Positions 30,707 through 40,846 are shown, numbered from the stretch's first letter. The stretch: 64,000 nucleotides of DNA from Candidatus Poribacteria bacterium (GCA_965205025.1 CBDBFU010000004.1:89453-153452), one strand, 5' to 3'. Translations and numbers: made by a program. The notes: generated from the sequence alone by a model not told the origin.

Positions 30707-31824
30707 AAACACAAGTCCTTTACCTCACAGTTGCAATTGTTTTATTACAAAGTGGGATTTCACTCATAGCAGCATCCACGACCCCACAAGAAAGCGAGAG
30801 TGAAATATCAATAATTGCCGTTGGTGATATCACCATCGGAAGCACCTTCACCCCTTTGATTGAACGGAGTGGCGCAGGTGTATTTTTTGAAGGAACGGCA
30901 TCGATAATTCAATCTGCAGATGTAGCCACTGTATCCCTCAATTCCAGTATATCAGATAGAGGCGAACCTGATCCAAGTCAAGAGTTTCGATTTCGTGCAG
31001 CACCCGGACTTGCACGCGCTTTAGCAAATGCAGGTTTTGATGCTATTTCCTTAGCAACACCCCATATCATGGATTTCGGTATAGTTGCGCTTGAAGATAC
31101 GGTAACAAATCTGGATTGGTATAATGTGAAATCCATGGGTGCCGGTATTACACCAGAAGCAGCAAACGAACCCGCGTGGATAGAAGTTAACGATAAGAAT
31201 ATCGCATTTTTTGCCTATCTCCGTGGTAATGAATTCAACATGGCGACCTTAGATCCTGTTGCTTCAGCTGCCTATAGTCAAATGACCCGGGCAGTTAGAA
31301 GCGTTGATAATCAGGCTGATCTGGTTATCGTCTGGCTACATTGGGGTAAAAGTGAAGCTGATGCAGAGACCAGAAAAGCAAGTATTGGTCGACAACGCAT
31401 CTTTGCACAAGCACTGATTGACGAAGGTGCCGATTTAGTCTTATGTCAACAACTTCATTCACTTGGTGGGATAGAAATCTATAACAAAAAACCAATTATT
31501 TATAGTTTAGCTGACTTTATCTACGACAACTACTCTTTACAATATGCTCGGACTGTGATTCCAAAAATTGTCTATGATGATGGAAAACTAAAATTCATTG
31601 AATTGATACCAATCTTAGTAGATAAAATGGGAGAATCAATTCCGCAACCAAGTCTACTACATGCAAGAGAAATCGTTCCAAAAACAAAAAAGCTAAACTT
31701 AGAAGGAACAGCAATAGAAACTTTGAAGGATTATCAGAAACGGTGCGCTGAACATAATACAGAGGTTATAATTAGAGAAGAACGTGGTTGGATTGAAACT
31801 ACTAACTTAACAGGTGATAATTAG
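30703..31824 (+). CDS. CapA (PGA_cap) family exported metallophosphatase-fold protein, degenerate motifs
   Basis: Signal peptide, AVGDI, AGFDAISLA, VWLHWG, IDEGADLV, PIIYSLADF. Confidence 0.8.
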   Translation: MKTQVLYLTVAIVLLQSGISLIAASTTPQESESEISIIAVGDITIGSTFTPLIERSGAGVFFEGTASIIQSADVATVSLNSSISDRGEPDPSQEFRFRAAPGLARALANAGFDAISLATPHIMDFGIVALEDTVTNLDWYNVKSMGAGITPEAANEPAWIEVNDKNIAFFAYLRGNEFNMATLDPVASAAYSQMTRAVRSVDNQADLVIVWLHWGKSEADAETRKASIGRQRIFAQALIDEGADLVLCQQLHSLGGIEIYNKKPIIYSLADFIYDNYSLQYARTVIPKIVYDDGKLKFIELIPILVDKMGESIPQPSLLHAREIVPKTKKLNLEGTAIETLKDYQKRCAEHNTEVIIREERGWIETTNLTGDN

Positions 31825-32005
31825 ACATTTATTTGAAATATTGCTAAACTATACACTACGGACATTATCTGTAGGAATCTTTGTTAACGGAGTCTCAGTG
31901 CAGAAGTGTATTGGTTAGTCAAATTATTAGGTCTTCATTATACATCCTAACTCTACCTGAAACCACCGTATCGATACACCTGAAATAATATAGGAGGCGA
32001 TAACT

Positions 32006-34498
32006 GTGGAAAATGAAAACAAAATAGAACAAGAAGATGCTGAAGATATCAAAGAGGTTAAAGTTAAGAAAGACTCTGAAGATATTGAGGAAGCAGAAGA
32101 AGAAGAAGAAATAGTAGAATTACCTATTCTACCAGTTGATGATCTGGTTGTATTCCCTTCAATGCCACCGGTTCCACCTTTTCCACCACATCACGTCGCG
32201 CTTTCAGGTAAAACTGTTATGGATGCTGTTGATGATGCAATGCTAAATTGTAAACGAGTACTTTGTATCTTCCAAACAACATCTGGTCGAAGTTTAGACA
32301 CAGATCCCGACGTTGTGAAGGATATGACGATCGATGAATTAAGTCCCATTGGTAGTCAGATTAATATCCTACGATCGAAAAAAGATGATGACGATGTTCT
32401 CTTTCTCGCTTACGGACGTTCCAGAGTACAGATTGAGGAAATTCTTCACACTGAACCATTTCTAAAAGCACGGGTTCGTCTAATTCAAGATGAAGAAACT
32501 CCAGAATTATCTAAAGAAATATCCGAGTCATCCGATCAAGATGATATGGAGATTGAAGCACTTGTCCGCAGCATAGACGAAATGTTCCAACGGATTGTAC
32601 AACTTTCCTCACGCTATCAAGAGGAACATGGACTGATGACAAAAAATATTGATGAACCCGGTCAATTGGCGGATTATGTCGCGGCTGTCTTAGATATAAA
32701 ACCCCAAGAAAAACAACAGATCCTTGAAGCCATTGATATTCCTGAACGGTTAAACAAACTCACTGTTATCCTCGCTAAAGAAGTTGACCTCCATGAATTG
32801 GAAAGTAAAATTCAATCCAACGCACAGGCTGTTATCAATAAGGGACAACGCGAATATTTCCTACGTGAACAACTAAAGGCTATACAGACAGAACTCGGTG
32901 AAGCAGATGATATAACAGCTGATATTGATGAGATGCGGGAACAATTAGAATCCGCTGATCTACCTGAAAAAGCAGAAAAAGCGGCATTAAAAGAACTCAA
33001 TAGATTGTCAAAGATGCAATCCTTTTCTCCAGAATCAACTGTATCCCGCAATTATCTTGATTGGCTACTAAACCTGCCATGGTCGGTAAGCACAGAGGAT
33101 TCTATCGAACTAACGAAGGCTATGGAGATTCTTGACGAAGACCATTACAACCTGACAAAGGTAAAAGAAAGAATCGTTGATTATCTGGCAGTACAGTTAC
33201 TCAAATCCGATATGAAGGGACCTATCTTCTGTTTTGTAGGACCACCAGGTGTTGGAAAAACCTCTTTGGGTAAATCAATTGCTCGTGCAATCGGAAGAAA
33301 ATTCGTTCGGCTCTCTTTAGGTGGTATGCATGACGAAGCGGAAATACGCGGTCATCGTCGAACATATATAGGATCTATGCCGGGACGGATTGTCAAAGGC
33401 ATACGACAAGCAGAATCTAATAACCCTGTCTTCATGCTGGATGAGATTGATAAACTCGGTTCAGATTTTCGTGGGGATCCTGCAGCAGCACTCCTTGAAG
33501 TACTTGATCCTGAACAGAATAACGCATTTACTGATAACTATTTAGATGTCCCATTTGATCTATCCAACATCATGTTTATCACAACTGCTAATCAAGTTCA
33601 TACGATTCCACCTCCCCTACGCGATCGTATGGAAACAATTGATTTGCCAGGATATACCTCGAATGAGAAAAAACAGATAGCCAAGCAATATCTAATTCCT
33701 CGACAACTTACAGCTAATGGAATCACTGAAGAACAATTAGAGATTTCCGATGACGCTATTGAAAATGTTATTACAAAATACACCCGAGAAGCAGGAGTTC
33801 GAAACTTAGAAAGAGAACTCGGTACACTTTGTCGGAAATCCGCACGCAAAGTCGCTGAAGGAGAAATAGAACTGACTACAATCGAAGATGATGAGATTCC
33901 TACCTACCTTGGTCCACCAAAGTTTGAATCCGAGATTGCAGGACGGGAACCTGATGTAGGGGTGGCTACAGGACTTTCTGTTACACCTGCCGGTGGAGAA
34001 ATTCTCTTTGTGGAAGCAACAGCAACACAGAGTCAGACCGGAAAAAGTGATTTACGTATTACAGGTCAGTTAGGTGACGTAATGCAGGAATCCGCACAAG
34101 CTGCTCTCACTTATGTTAAATCACAATCATCTACACTCAAATTTGAGTCTGATGTTTTGCAGGATGATATACATATCCATGTTCCTGCTGGGGCAATACC
34201 AAAAGACGGTCCCTCCGCTGGTATAACAATCGCAACTGCGATCGCCTCAATAGCAACAAAACGTGGTGTAAATCCCGAAATCGCTATGACCGGTGAAATG
34301 ACATTAAGAGGTAGAGTTCTTCCTATCGGTGGCATAAAAGAGAAAATACTTGCTGCCAAACAGGCTGGTATTAAGACGGTTATTGTACCACAAGGTAATG
34401 AGAAAGATTTTGTTGAAATCCCAGAAGACATTCAAGACGGTCTCAACTTCCATTTTGTTGAACATGTTTCCGAAGTCTTTTCTGAGGTTTTTGTATGA
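32006..34498 (+). CDS. lon: ATP-dependent Lon protease
   Basis: AGGAGG then GTG start; LON N domain, [38 protein letters not shown]. Confidence 0.97.
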   Translation: MENENKIEQEDAEDIKEVKVKKDSEDIEEAEEEEEIVELPILPVDDLVVFPSMPPVPPFPPHHVALSGKTVMDAVDDAMLNCKRVLCIFQTTSGRSLDTDPDVVKDMTIDELSPIGSQINILRSKKDDDDVLFLAYGRSRVQIEEILHTEPFLKARVRLIQDEETPELSKEISESSDQDDMEIEALVRSIDEMFQRIVQLSSRYQEEHGLMTKNIDEPGQLADYVAAVLDIKPQEKQQILEAIDIPERLNKLTVILAKEVDLHELESKIQSNAQAVINKGQREYFLREQLKAIQTELGEADDITADIDEMREQLESADLPEKAEKAALKELNRLSKMQSFSPESTVSRNYLDWLLNLPWSVSTEDSIELTKAMEILDEDHYNLTKVKERIVDYLAVQLLKSDMKGPIFCFVGPPGVGKTSLGKSIARAIGRKFVRLSLGGMHDEAEIRGHRRTYIGSMPGRIVKGIRQAESNNPVFMLDEIDKLGSDFRGDPAAALLEVLDPEQNNAFTDNYLDVPFDLSNIMFITTANQVHTIPPPLRDRMETIDLPGYTSNEKKQIAKQYLIPRQLTANGITEEQLEISDDAIENVITKYTREAGVRNLERELGTLCRKSARKVAEGEIELTTIEDDEIPTYLGPPKFESEIAGREPDVGVATGLSVTPAGGEILFVEATATQSQTGKSDLRITGQLGDVMQESAQAALTYVKSQSSTLKFESDVLQDDIHIHVPAGAIPKDGPSAGITIATAIASIATKRGVNPEIAMTGEMTLRGRVLPIGGIKEKILAAKQAGIKTVIVPQGNEKDFVEIPEDIQDGLNFHFVEHVSEVFSEVFV

Positions 34499-34577
34499 CA
34501 TTAGTTCAGAATTAAGGTATAATTAGCATCAATAACAACTAAAAGGACTTTCATACTGCTTAATGCAATAAGAACTT

Positions 34578-34692
34578 ATACCATTTCTAATTGAAAATGT
34601 CTCTTTTTTGTACCACAAACTTTCAGTTTGTGACCTGAAAACTGACTACCATAATAACAGCCTAATGAGACAATAATTTATAGAAATAGTAT
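34578..34692 (+). repeat. 115-bp MITE/REP-like element, copy 2
   Basis: Differs from 29998-30112 at about 4 positions; ends TAGAAATAGTAT. Confidence 0.85.
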
Positions 34693-34868
34693 TACAACTT
34701 CTTGACAACATCTTAAAACAAGCACTCAATGCCGAAACACTTGACGACATCAATTTACAAGGTACAGACAATTAATATTCATATTGAATACCAGAGAGAT
34801 CACATTACGATACTTGCTATGTGATAAAACATCGATACGAATTCCCTTATTTGGGAAGGAGAGACGAT

Positions 34869-37130
34869 ATGAAAAGCGTTAGATGGAAAATCACTATACC
34901 CCTTCTGATAGTATGTGCAATCACTGCATATACATATATGGCTGCTCCAACAATTTGTTGGGGACAAGCAAATAGTGAAACCCAACCCGATGACGAAGTA
35001 ACCGAACGTACACCTCTTTTCCTCAAAGATATCGCACCTATTCTTGATAAGCAAGGATGTTCCGCAGGATTATGCCACGGAAAATTTGGCGGACAAGGTG
35101 GGTTAAATCTATCTCTTCTCACCCTCAATCCTGAATCGGATCATAAACCAATTGTATTCCATAATCGTGGTAGACGGATCAACCTAATTGAACCAGATCA
35201 GAGTCTACTATATCTTAAACCCACAGGACAAATTCCACATGCTGGTGGTATGAGATTTGAACCTGATTCTGATGAAGCAGATACAATTCTTCGTTGGATT
35301 TCTGCAGGAGCTCCCTTCTCACCTGATGAACCCCGTTTGGATAAACTTGAGATGCAACCAAATGAGGCTGTCTTTAATACTGTCGGAGAAACAAAACAGT
35401 TAAAAGTCATCGCACATTTTACAGATGGTTCGATAGAAGATGTAACTCACCATGCCGTCTTCGAATCTAAGGACGAACCTGTTGCAGCTGTCACAGAAAA
35501 TGGATTGGTAACGAGCGAACGGTGGGGTGGAACTGCTGTCTTAGCACGATACTTAGGTGTGGTCTCGTCTACATTCATTACTGTTCCACGAGAATCAGAT
35601 GGTGAACCTTATTCTGAATTGCAAAAGAATAACTTCATTGACGATTTTGTTGCAGCGAAACTTAATAAACTAAACGTCCGTCCCTCTGAACTCTCATCGG
35701 ATGAAGTATTTATTCGTAGAATTTATTTGGACACAGTTGGAAAATTACCTACCACTGAAGAAGTTCGTACATTTCTCAACGACGAAAATCCAGATAAACG
35801 ATCCGTACTGATTGATACCCTAATGAACACACCTGAATGGGTTGACCTCCGGACACTGAAAAAGGCAGATATGTTACGGGTGCATCCACGTAGACTTGGA
35901 AATGGACAATATGGAGATAGAGCTGCAACCCTATTCCATGAATACATAAGAGATTCAGTCGCAGAAGATAAACCCTACAACCAATTTGTCCATGAAATCA
36001 TTACTGCACGAGGGAGTACATATCAGCATGGACCTACAAACTATTATCGTATTGAACGCCAACCTTCAGGTAGAGCAGAAACCACAGCACAAGTCTTCTT
36101 AGGTATACGCCTAAGTTGTGCCAGATGTCATAAACACCCATTTGACGAATGGACAACTGATGATTATTGGAACTTTGCTGCATTCACTGGTAAAGTCAAT
36201 ACTCGTGGTGGTGAAATATATCAAGAGCTCGTTGTTTACCACAATCCTGGTGGACGGGTCATAAATCAATCTGTTCAAGGAAATAGAGGACAGGTAGCTG
36301 TACCAACATTCCTCGGAGGAAATACATTACCAGAGGCATATAGACCAGATGCTATCAACCATCTCGCGGACTGGATTATTGATGATTCAAATCCATATTT
36401 TGCAAAAGCTACGGTTAACCGTCTATGGAGCTACTATTTTGGTAGAGGTATCGTTGATCCTGTAGATGATATGCGTGCAACAACACCCGCAAGTGTTGAA
36501 GGACTATTAGAAGCGTTAGCAGAGGAATTTATACGAAGTGGATACGATACCAAACATATCATCAAACTAATTCTAAATTCACGCACCTATCAACTGTCAG
36601 CAGCACCGAATGAAACAAATGAATTGGATGATAGATTCTTCTCGCGTTTCATGCCAAGACCTCTCATGGCACAAGTTTTACTGGATGTGCTAAACGATGT
36701 TACTGGGACATCACAGAAATTTGGACGGTATCCTGACGGCACGCGAGCAATTGAAGTACCACTACCCGTCAGTTCACGTTTCCTTAATCTTTTTGGACGT
36801 TCTGACAGGGAATTCTTAGGCAACTTAGATCCATTACTTGAACCGACACTGACACAGGCATTACATATCATAAACTCTCAAAATATGAATGAGAAGTTGA
36901 ATGCACGGAAAGGTACAATCACACAACTTCTTAAACCGAAGACGGGAGAAAAGTTGCCACCAAAAGATCTCGTTAACGAATTGTATCTAATGACACTAAG
37001 TCGTTACCCGAGTGAAGTGGAACTTGATACAGCATTAACACATCTTACTGAAGAATCAACAAGGCGAGATGATACTGAAGACCTGCTTTGGGCATTAATA
37101 TCTTCTCGATCTTTCCTCTTCAATAGATAA
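34869..37130 (+). CDS. DUF1549/DUF1553 (PSCyt2/PSD1) exported protein with Ig-like domain and heme-type motifs
   Basis: GGAG then ATG 34869; signal peptide; CSAGLCHG, NNFIDDFV, FIRRIYLDTVG, LSCARCHKHPF, VNRLWSYYFGRGIVDPVDD. Confidence 0.88.
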   Translation: MKSVRWKITIPLLIVCAITAYTYMAAPTICWGQANSETQPDDEVTERTPLFLKDIAPILDKQGCSAGLCHGKFGGQGGLNLSLLTLNPESDHKPIVFHNRGRRINLIEPDQSLLYLKPTGQIPHAGGMRFEPDSDEADTILRWISAGAPFSPDEPRLDKLEMQPNEAVFNTVGETKQLKVIAHFTDGSIEDVTHHAVFESKDEPVAAVTENGLVTSERWGGTAVLARYLGVVSSTFITVPRESDGEPYSELQKNNFIDDFVAAKLNKLNVRPSELSSDEVFIRRIYLDTVGKLPTTEEVRTFLNDENPDKRSVLIDTLMNTPEWVDLRTLKKADMLRVHPRRLGNGQYGDRAATLFHEYIRDSVAEDKPYNQFVHEIITARGSTYQHGPTNYYRIERQPSGRAETTAQVFLGIRLSCARCHKHPFDEWTTDDYWNFAAFTGKVNTRGGEIYQELVVYHNPGGRVINQSVQGNRGQVAVPTFLGGNTLPEAYRPDAINHLADWIIDDSNPYFAKATVNRLWSYYFGRGIVDPVDDMRATTPASVEGLLEALAEEFIRSGYDTKHIIKLILNSRTYQLSAAPNETNELDDRFFSRFMPRPLMAQVLLDVLNDVTGTSQKFGRYPDGTRAIEVPLPVSSRFLNLFGRSDREFLGNLDPLLEPTLTQALHIINSQNMNEKLNARKGTITQLLKPKTGEKLPPKDLVNELYLMTLSRYPSEVELDTALTHLTEESTRRDDTEDLLWALISSRSFLFNR

Positions 37131-37149
37131 TTTCCTTACAATACCTACC

Positions 37150-37188
37150 AAATAAGGCAGATGGATAAACTCCTATCTGCCTTATTTT
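37150..37188. terminator. bidirectional intrinsic terminator
   Basis: AAATAAGGCAGAT...ATCTGCCTTATTT stem between convergent genes, with A/T runs on both sides. Confidence 0.8.
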
Positions 37189-37268
37189 ATGTCTAAATTC
37201 TCTAACTTTCCAAATATATCTTTTTTAGGAATCTATCTCCTAATCTATCAAAGTACAAGTAAAATGGA

Positions 37269-40200
37269 TTATTCAGGTAATGTATCAAATGCTCCTGATG
37301 AAACAATGTGATTAATTATTTCATTATTAATTGCATCCTCTCCAAAACGATCTTTGAAGTCAGAAATTGAAATAAATATACCGTTACGATTTCTTTCTGT
37401 AATAATCGAATCAACTATTTCTTCATTAAGTTCGTCAATAGTGAGTAGACCAACTCGGATACTCTTTCCGTCTATTGTGAAGTCTTTTGAACTATAGTTG
37501 ATATCTAATGGAAGTAGGTTGATTTCTACATCCAAGAAATCTTTGAGTCTTGAACATTCTGCTTTGTAAAGCTGAATTTTCTCTGAATCTGTGATCTCGC
37601 TATTCATTATTGCTGTCATAAATTCATGCGGATAATGAACTTTGAGATATGCCATCCTATAGGCTAACAATGAATAAGAAATAGCATGTGATCTGTTAAA
37701 AGCATACTCCCCAACAGTTTTCAGATAGTCAAATATTTCTTGAGCATCATCTCTTATCATACCATTATTCATTGAACCGCTTATGAAATCGGAATGTAAT
37801 TCATTTGTTGTAAATTCATCCCTTTTACCTATTGCATTCCGCAGTATTTCTGCCTTACCAAGAGAAAATCCCGCTACATCACATACAATCTGCATAACCT
37901 GTTCTTGATATAAACAGATACCGTATGTATTCTTCAAGACTGGTTCAAGGGATGTATGTATGTATTCTATCGGTTGATTGCCATGTTTACGTTCTATGAA
38001 CAATTGAAGATCCCCGTTATGAATAGGTGCAGGACGATACAGGGTAAGGATAGCAGAGAATTCTTCGAAGTTCTCAGGTCTTAACTCTGCTACGACCTGT
38101 TTAAAATCTTGTGATGTATCAAATTGAAATATACCGGCAAGTAATCCTTCACTAAATAGTGTATAAGTTGTTATATCATCAAGTGGGATATCTTCAAGAT
38201 TAATCTTGACTTTATGATTCTCTGAAATCATTTCCAAACAGTCTGCAGTTTCTGATAGACTCCGTACACCGAGTGAGTCAAATCTTACTAACCCTATATT
38301 TTTAATGTCTTTACTTCCAAACTGAGCTGCTATTTGCCCCTTTCGATCCTTAAAGAGAGGCACGTATCCAGTGAGTGGACCGTTTGCAATCGCGATTGCA
38401 GATGCATGGGTGAAGACATGATGTTTCATTCCTTCTATTGCTCTACTAATTTCGATTAATTCTTTATTCTCAGGTAGTTCTACAAGTCTTTGAAATTCTG
38501 TATCTCGTTTTATTATTTCATCAAGAGAAATACTTATACCTGGAACAAGATCAATCAACTCCTTAATTTTCTCATTTGAAATTTCCAGAACACGTCCAAC
38601 ATTTTTTATAGCATCTCTTGCCCTAAATGTTGTGAAGGCTGCGATTTTCCCTACAGAATCATGCCCGTATTTTCTTACGATATAATCTATCACATCGTCA
38701 AGAGCATTATCAGCAAAATCAATGTCAATATCAGGTGATTTCATCCTATCAAGGTTTAGGAATCTTTCGAATAAACACCCATAATCCATTGGATTAAAGT
38801 TAATTACACCCAATGCATATAAGGCAAGACTACTCGCTGCAGTACCGCGAGCTGACATTAGGTGTCCTTGTTTCTTCGCATAATTAACATAATCTGAAAC
38901 GATTAAGAAAATGTCAGCACTGCCTGTCTTTTCTATTATATCTAATTCGTAATCCATTCGTTTTCGAATTGGATCAGAGAGATGACTCCCGTATTTTTCA
39001 TATAACCCGTCATAACAAAGTTTCCTTAAGTAAGTTTTCTGTGTATATCCTTCAGGAACATCAAACTTGGGTATCACTCGATCATCGTAGTTAAGTCGTA
39101 AGTTACAACGTTCGGCTATCTCAAGTGTATTAATAATAGCTTCAGATGGATAATCCTTTAGGGCATCCTGCATTTCCTCAACATTCTTAAAGTAAAAATG
39201 GTTGTTGAATCGCACACGATCTGGATCGTTGACAGATTTCTTTCCTTTAATACAGAGTAGTATATCATGCATTCTATGGTCAGATTTTCTAAGATAGTGA
39301 CAGTCATTTGTTCCGACTATTGGAATATTATACTCTTTGGCAAATTCCACCATTTTAGGATATACTGCCATCTCTTGATCTATATAATGGTTCTGTATCT
39401 CAACATAGAGATGATCTTCACCCATAATATCCTTTAATGTCAATAGATTACGAATGGCTTCATCACTCTGATTTGAATAAATTAGTTTTGGTATTATTCC
39501 ATTAATACATCCTGTAAGAGCGATAATACCAGAGTGATATTCCCGTAACATTTCCATATTGATGTATGGTTTCCTATGAAATCCATGTGTATAACCCAAT
39601 GATGTCAATTCTAATAGATTATGATATCCTTCGTTATTCTCAGCCAGTAAAGTAAGTTCGTAAGATGTCCCTTCCCCCTTCACGACGTTTGATGAATCTT
39701 CTTTCTTAACATTTACCTCGCATCCAATAATTGGGTTAACACCTTCATCTCTTGCAGTTCTGTAAAACTCAATCGAACCGAACATATTCCCATGATCTGT
39801 CAATGCTAATGCAGGTGAACTATTCTCAACTGCCCAACGTACCATATCTGGAATTCTACATGCACCATCAAGTAGACTATATTCACTATGATTGTGTAGA
39901 TGAACAAATTCTTTATTTGTTGATTTAGTACTAAAATTACCATGTTTATTTGAAGGACTATCACTTCTTAATTCTTTTGAATAATCTACTTTATCTGACA
40001 TATTTTCCCCCTCTATAGGTTCCATCTGAAATTCTTTACGAAGAAGTTTCCTAATTTCACTTAGTCTTGATTTAACTGTTCCAATTGGAATATCCAATTC
40101 ATCTGAAATCTCTTTTATGCTGTACAGATCAAGATAATACATTATGGCAATAGAACGGACTTTATGCGGAAGATGTTTTACAGCCTCTATAGCATCAGAT

Positions 40201-40583
40201 CGGATTCTTGCTTCATGAAAACGTTGCTCAGCTTCTCTATCAATTAGTAATGCAATGTCATCGTAGTTCTGTAATACTTCTGTGTTCCTCTTAGTATTAG
40301 AGGCATAATATCTGTTGCATGCAGTATAGGCAATCCGTCGTAACCATCCACCAAAACTCTCTGTTTTCCGAAGTCCGATAATATTGTCCCAAACTGTAAA
40401 CCAGATATCCATTAGGATCTCTTCAGCATCACGTCGCTGCCTTGAGTTTTGAACAATTAAGTTCCAAATTCTGGGACTGTATCGTGACATTAATTCTGCG
40501 AATGCTGCTTCATTACGACTTTGGACATGGTGAACCAGTTCTTCATCTGTGTATGTGTTTGGTACAATAAAATTGTATTCCAT
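37269..40583 (-). CDS. dnaE: ECF sigma factor - DNA polymerase III alpha (DnaE) fusion, C-terminally shortened
   Basis: aa ~10-185: sigma regions 2 and 4 (AFAELMSRY, DAEE, FGGWLRRIA, LPHKVR, SIKEIS, IPIGTVKSRL). From aa ~225: PHP domain (FVHLHNHSEYSLLDG, LTDHGN, GCE, TNDCHY), palm (FERFLN...PDIDIDF; GLVRFDSLG), fingers (LYQEQVM, AFNRSHA). Ends at the HhH-region motif GAFD. GGGAGA SD before ATG. Confidence 0.93.
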   Translation of the reverse strand: MEYNFIVPNTYTDEELVHHVQSRNEAAFAELMSRYSPRIWNLIVQNSRQRRDAEEILMDIWFTVWDNIIGLRKTESFGGWLRRIAYTACNRYYASNTKRNTEVLQNYDDIALLIDREAEQRFHEARIRSDAIEAVKHLPHKVRSIAIMYYLDLYSIKEISDELDIPIGTVKSRLSEIRKLLRKEFQMEPIEGENMSDKVDYSKELRSDSPSNKHGNFSTKSTNKEFVHLHNHSEYSLLDGACRIPDMVRWAVENSSPALALTDHGNMFGSIEFYRTARDEGVNPIIGCEVNVKKEDSSNVVKGEGTSYELTLLAENNEGYHNLLELTSLGYTHGFHRKPYINMEMLREYHSGIIALTGCINGIIPKLIYSNQSDEAIRNLLTLKDIMGEDHLYVEIQNHYIDQEMAVYPKMVEFAKEYNIPIVGTNDCHYLRKSDHRMHDILLCIKGKKSVNDPDRVRFNNHFYFKNVEEMQDALKDYPSEAIINTLEIAERCNLRLNYDDRVIPKFDVPEGYTQKTYLRKLCYDGLYEKYGSHLSDPIRKRMDYELDIIEKTGSADIFLIVSDYVNYAKKQGHLMSARGTAASSLALYALGVINFNPMDYGCLFERFLNLDRMKSPDIDIDFADNALDDVIDYIVRKYGHDSVGKIAAFTTFRARDAIKNVGRVLEISNEKIKELIDLVPGISISLDEIIKRDTEFQRLVELPENKELIEISRAIEGMKHHVFTHASAIAIANGPLTGYVPLFKDRKGQIAAQFGSKDIKNIGLVRFDSLGVRSLSETADCLEMISENHKVKINLEDIPLDDITTYTLFSEGLLAGIFQFDTSQDFKQVVAELRPENFEEFSAILTLYRPAPIHNGDLQLFIERKHGNQPIEYIHTSLEPVLKNTYGICLYQEQVMQIVCDVAGFSLGKAEILRNAIGKRDEFTTNELHSDFISGSMNNGMIRDDAQEIFDYLKTVGEYAFNRSHAISYSLLAYRMAYLKVHYPHEFMTAIMNSEITDSEKIQLYKAECSRLKDFLDVEINLLPLDINYSSKDFTIDGKSIRVGLLTIDELNEEIVDSIITERNRNGIFISISDFKDRFGEDAINNEIINHIVSSGAFDTLPE

Positions 40584-40613
40584 GAATTATCTCCCAATTA
40601 GATTCAGTTATAA

Positions 40614-40641
40614 TGAGGACAACTTTTTGGATTTAGGTTTA
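40614..40641 (-). promoter_or_regulatory. possible ECF-type promoter upstream of the sigma-DnaE gene
   Basis: Minus strand TAAACC-N15-GTCCTCA, about 30 nt before the ATG; resembles the AAC...GTC pattern of ECF promoters. Confidence 0.3.
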
Positions 40642-40778
40642 AAAAAATGATGTATAAAGTGAAGTATAGTAGATATTTAATGATATTTCACGAAATATCT
40701 ATATTTCAACATTAACCTGAGTGATAAAATTCCCTGCAGAGTTGAAACTAAATAACCGTGGTACCTATAACCCATATC

Positions 40779-40808
40779 TTTACAGAATAATCTCAAATAT
40801 GATATAAT
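40779..40808 (+). promoter_or_regulatory. sigma70-like promoter for the rhamnose isomerase operon
   Basis: TTTACA-18 nt-TATAAT with an extended -10 TG. Confidence 0.55.
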
Positions 40809-40846
40809 TACCTGCAAATTATGCCTTACAAATCAGGAGAAACCTA

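Noticed and set aside
37269-40583. Intein or split-intein explanation for the odd DnaE
   Set aside because: The extra sequence is N-terminal and clearly sigma-like; no Cys/Ser...His-Asn splice motifs, and the polymerase motifs are collinear.
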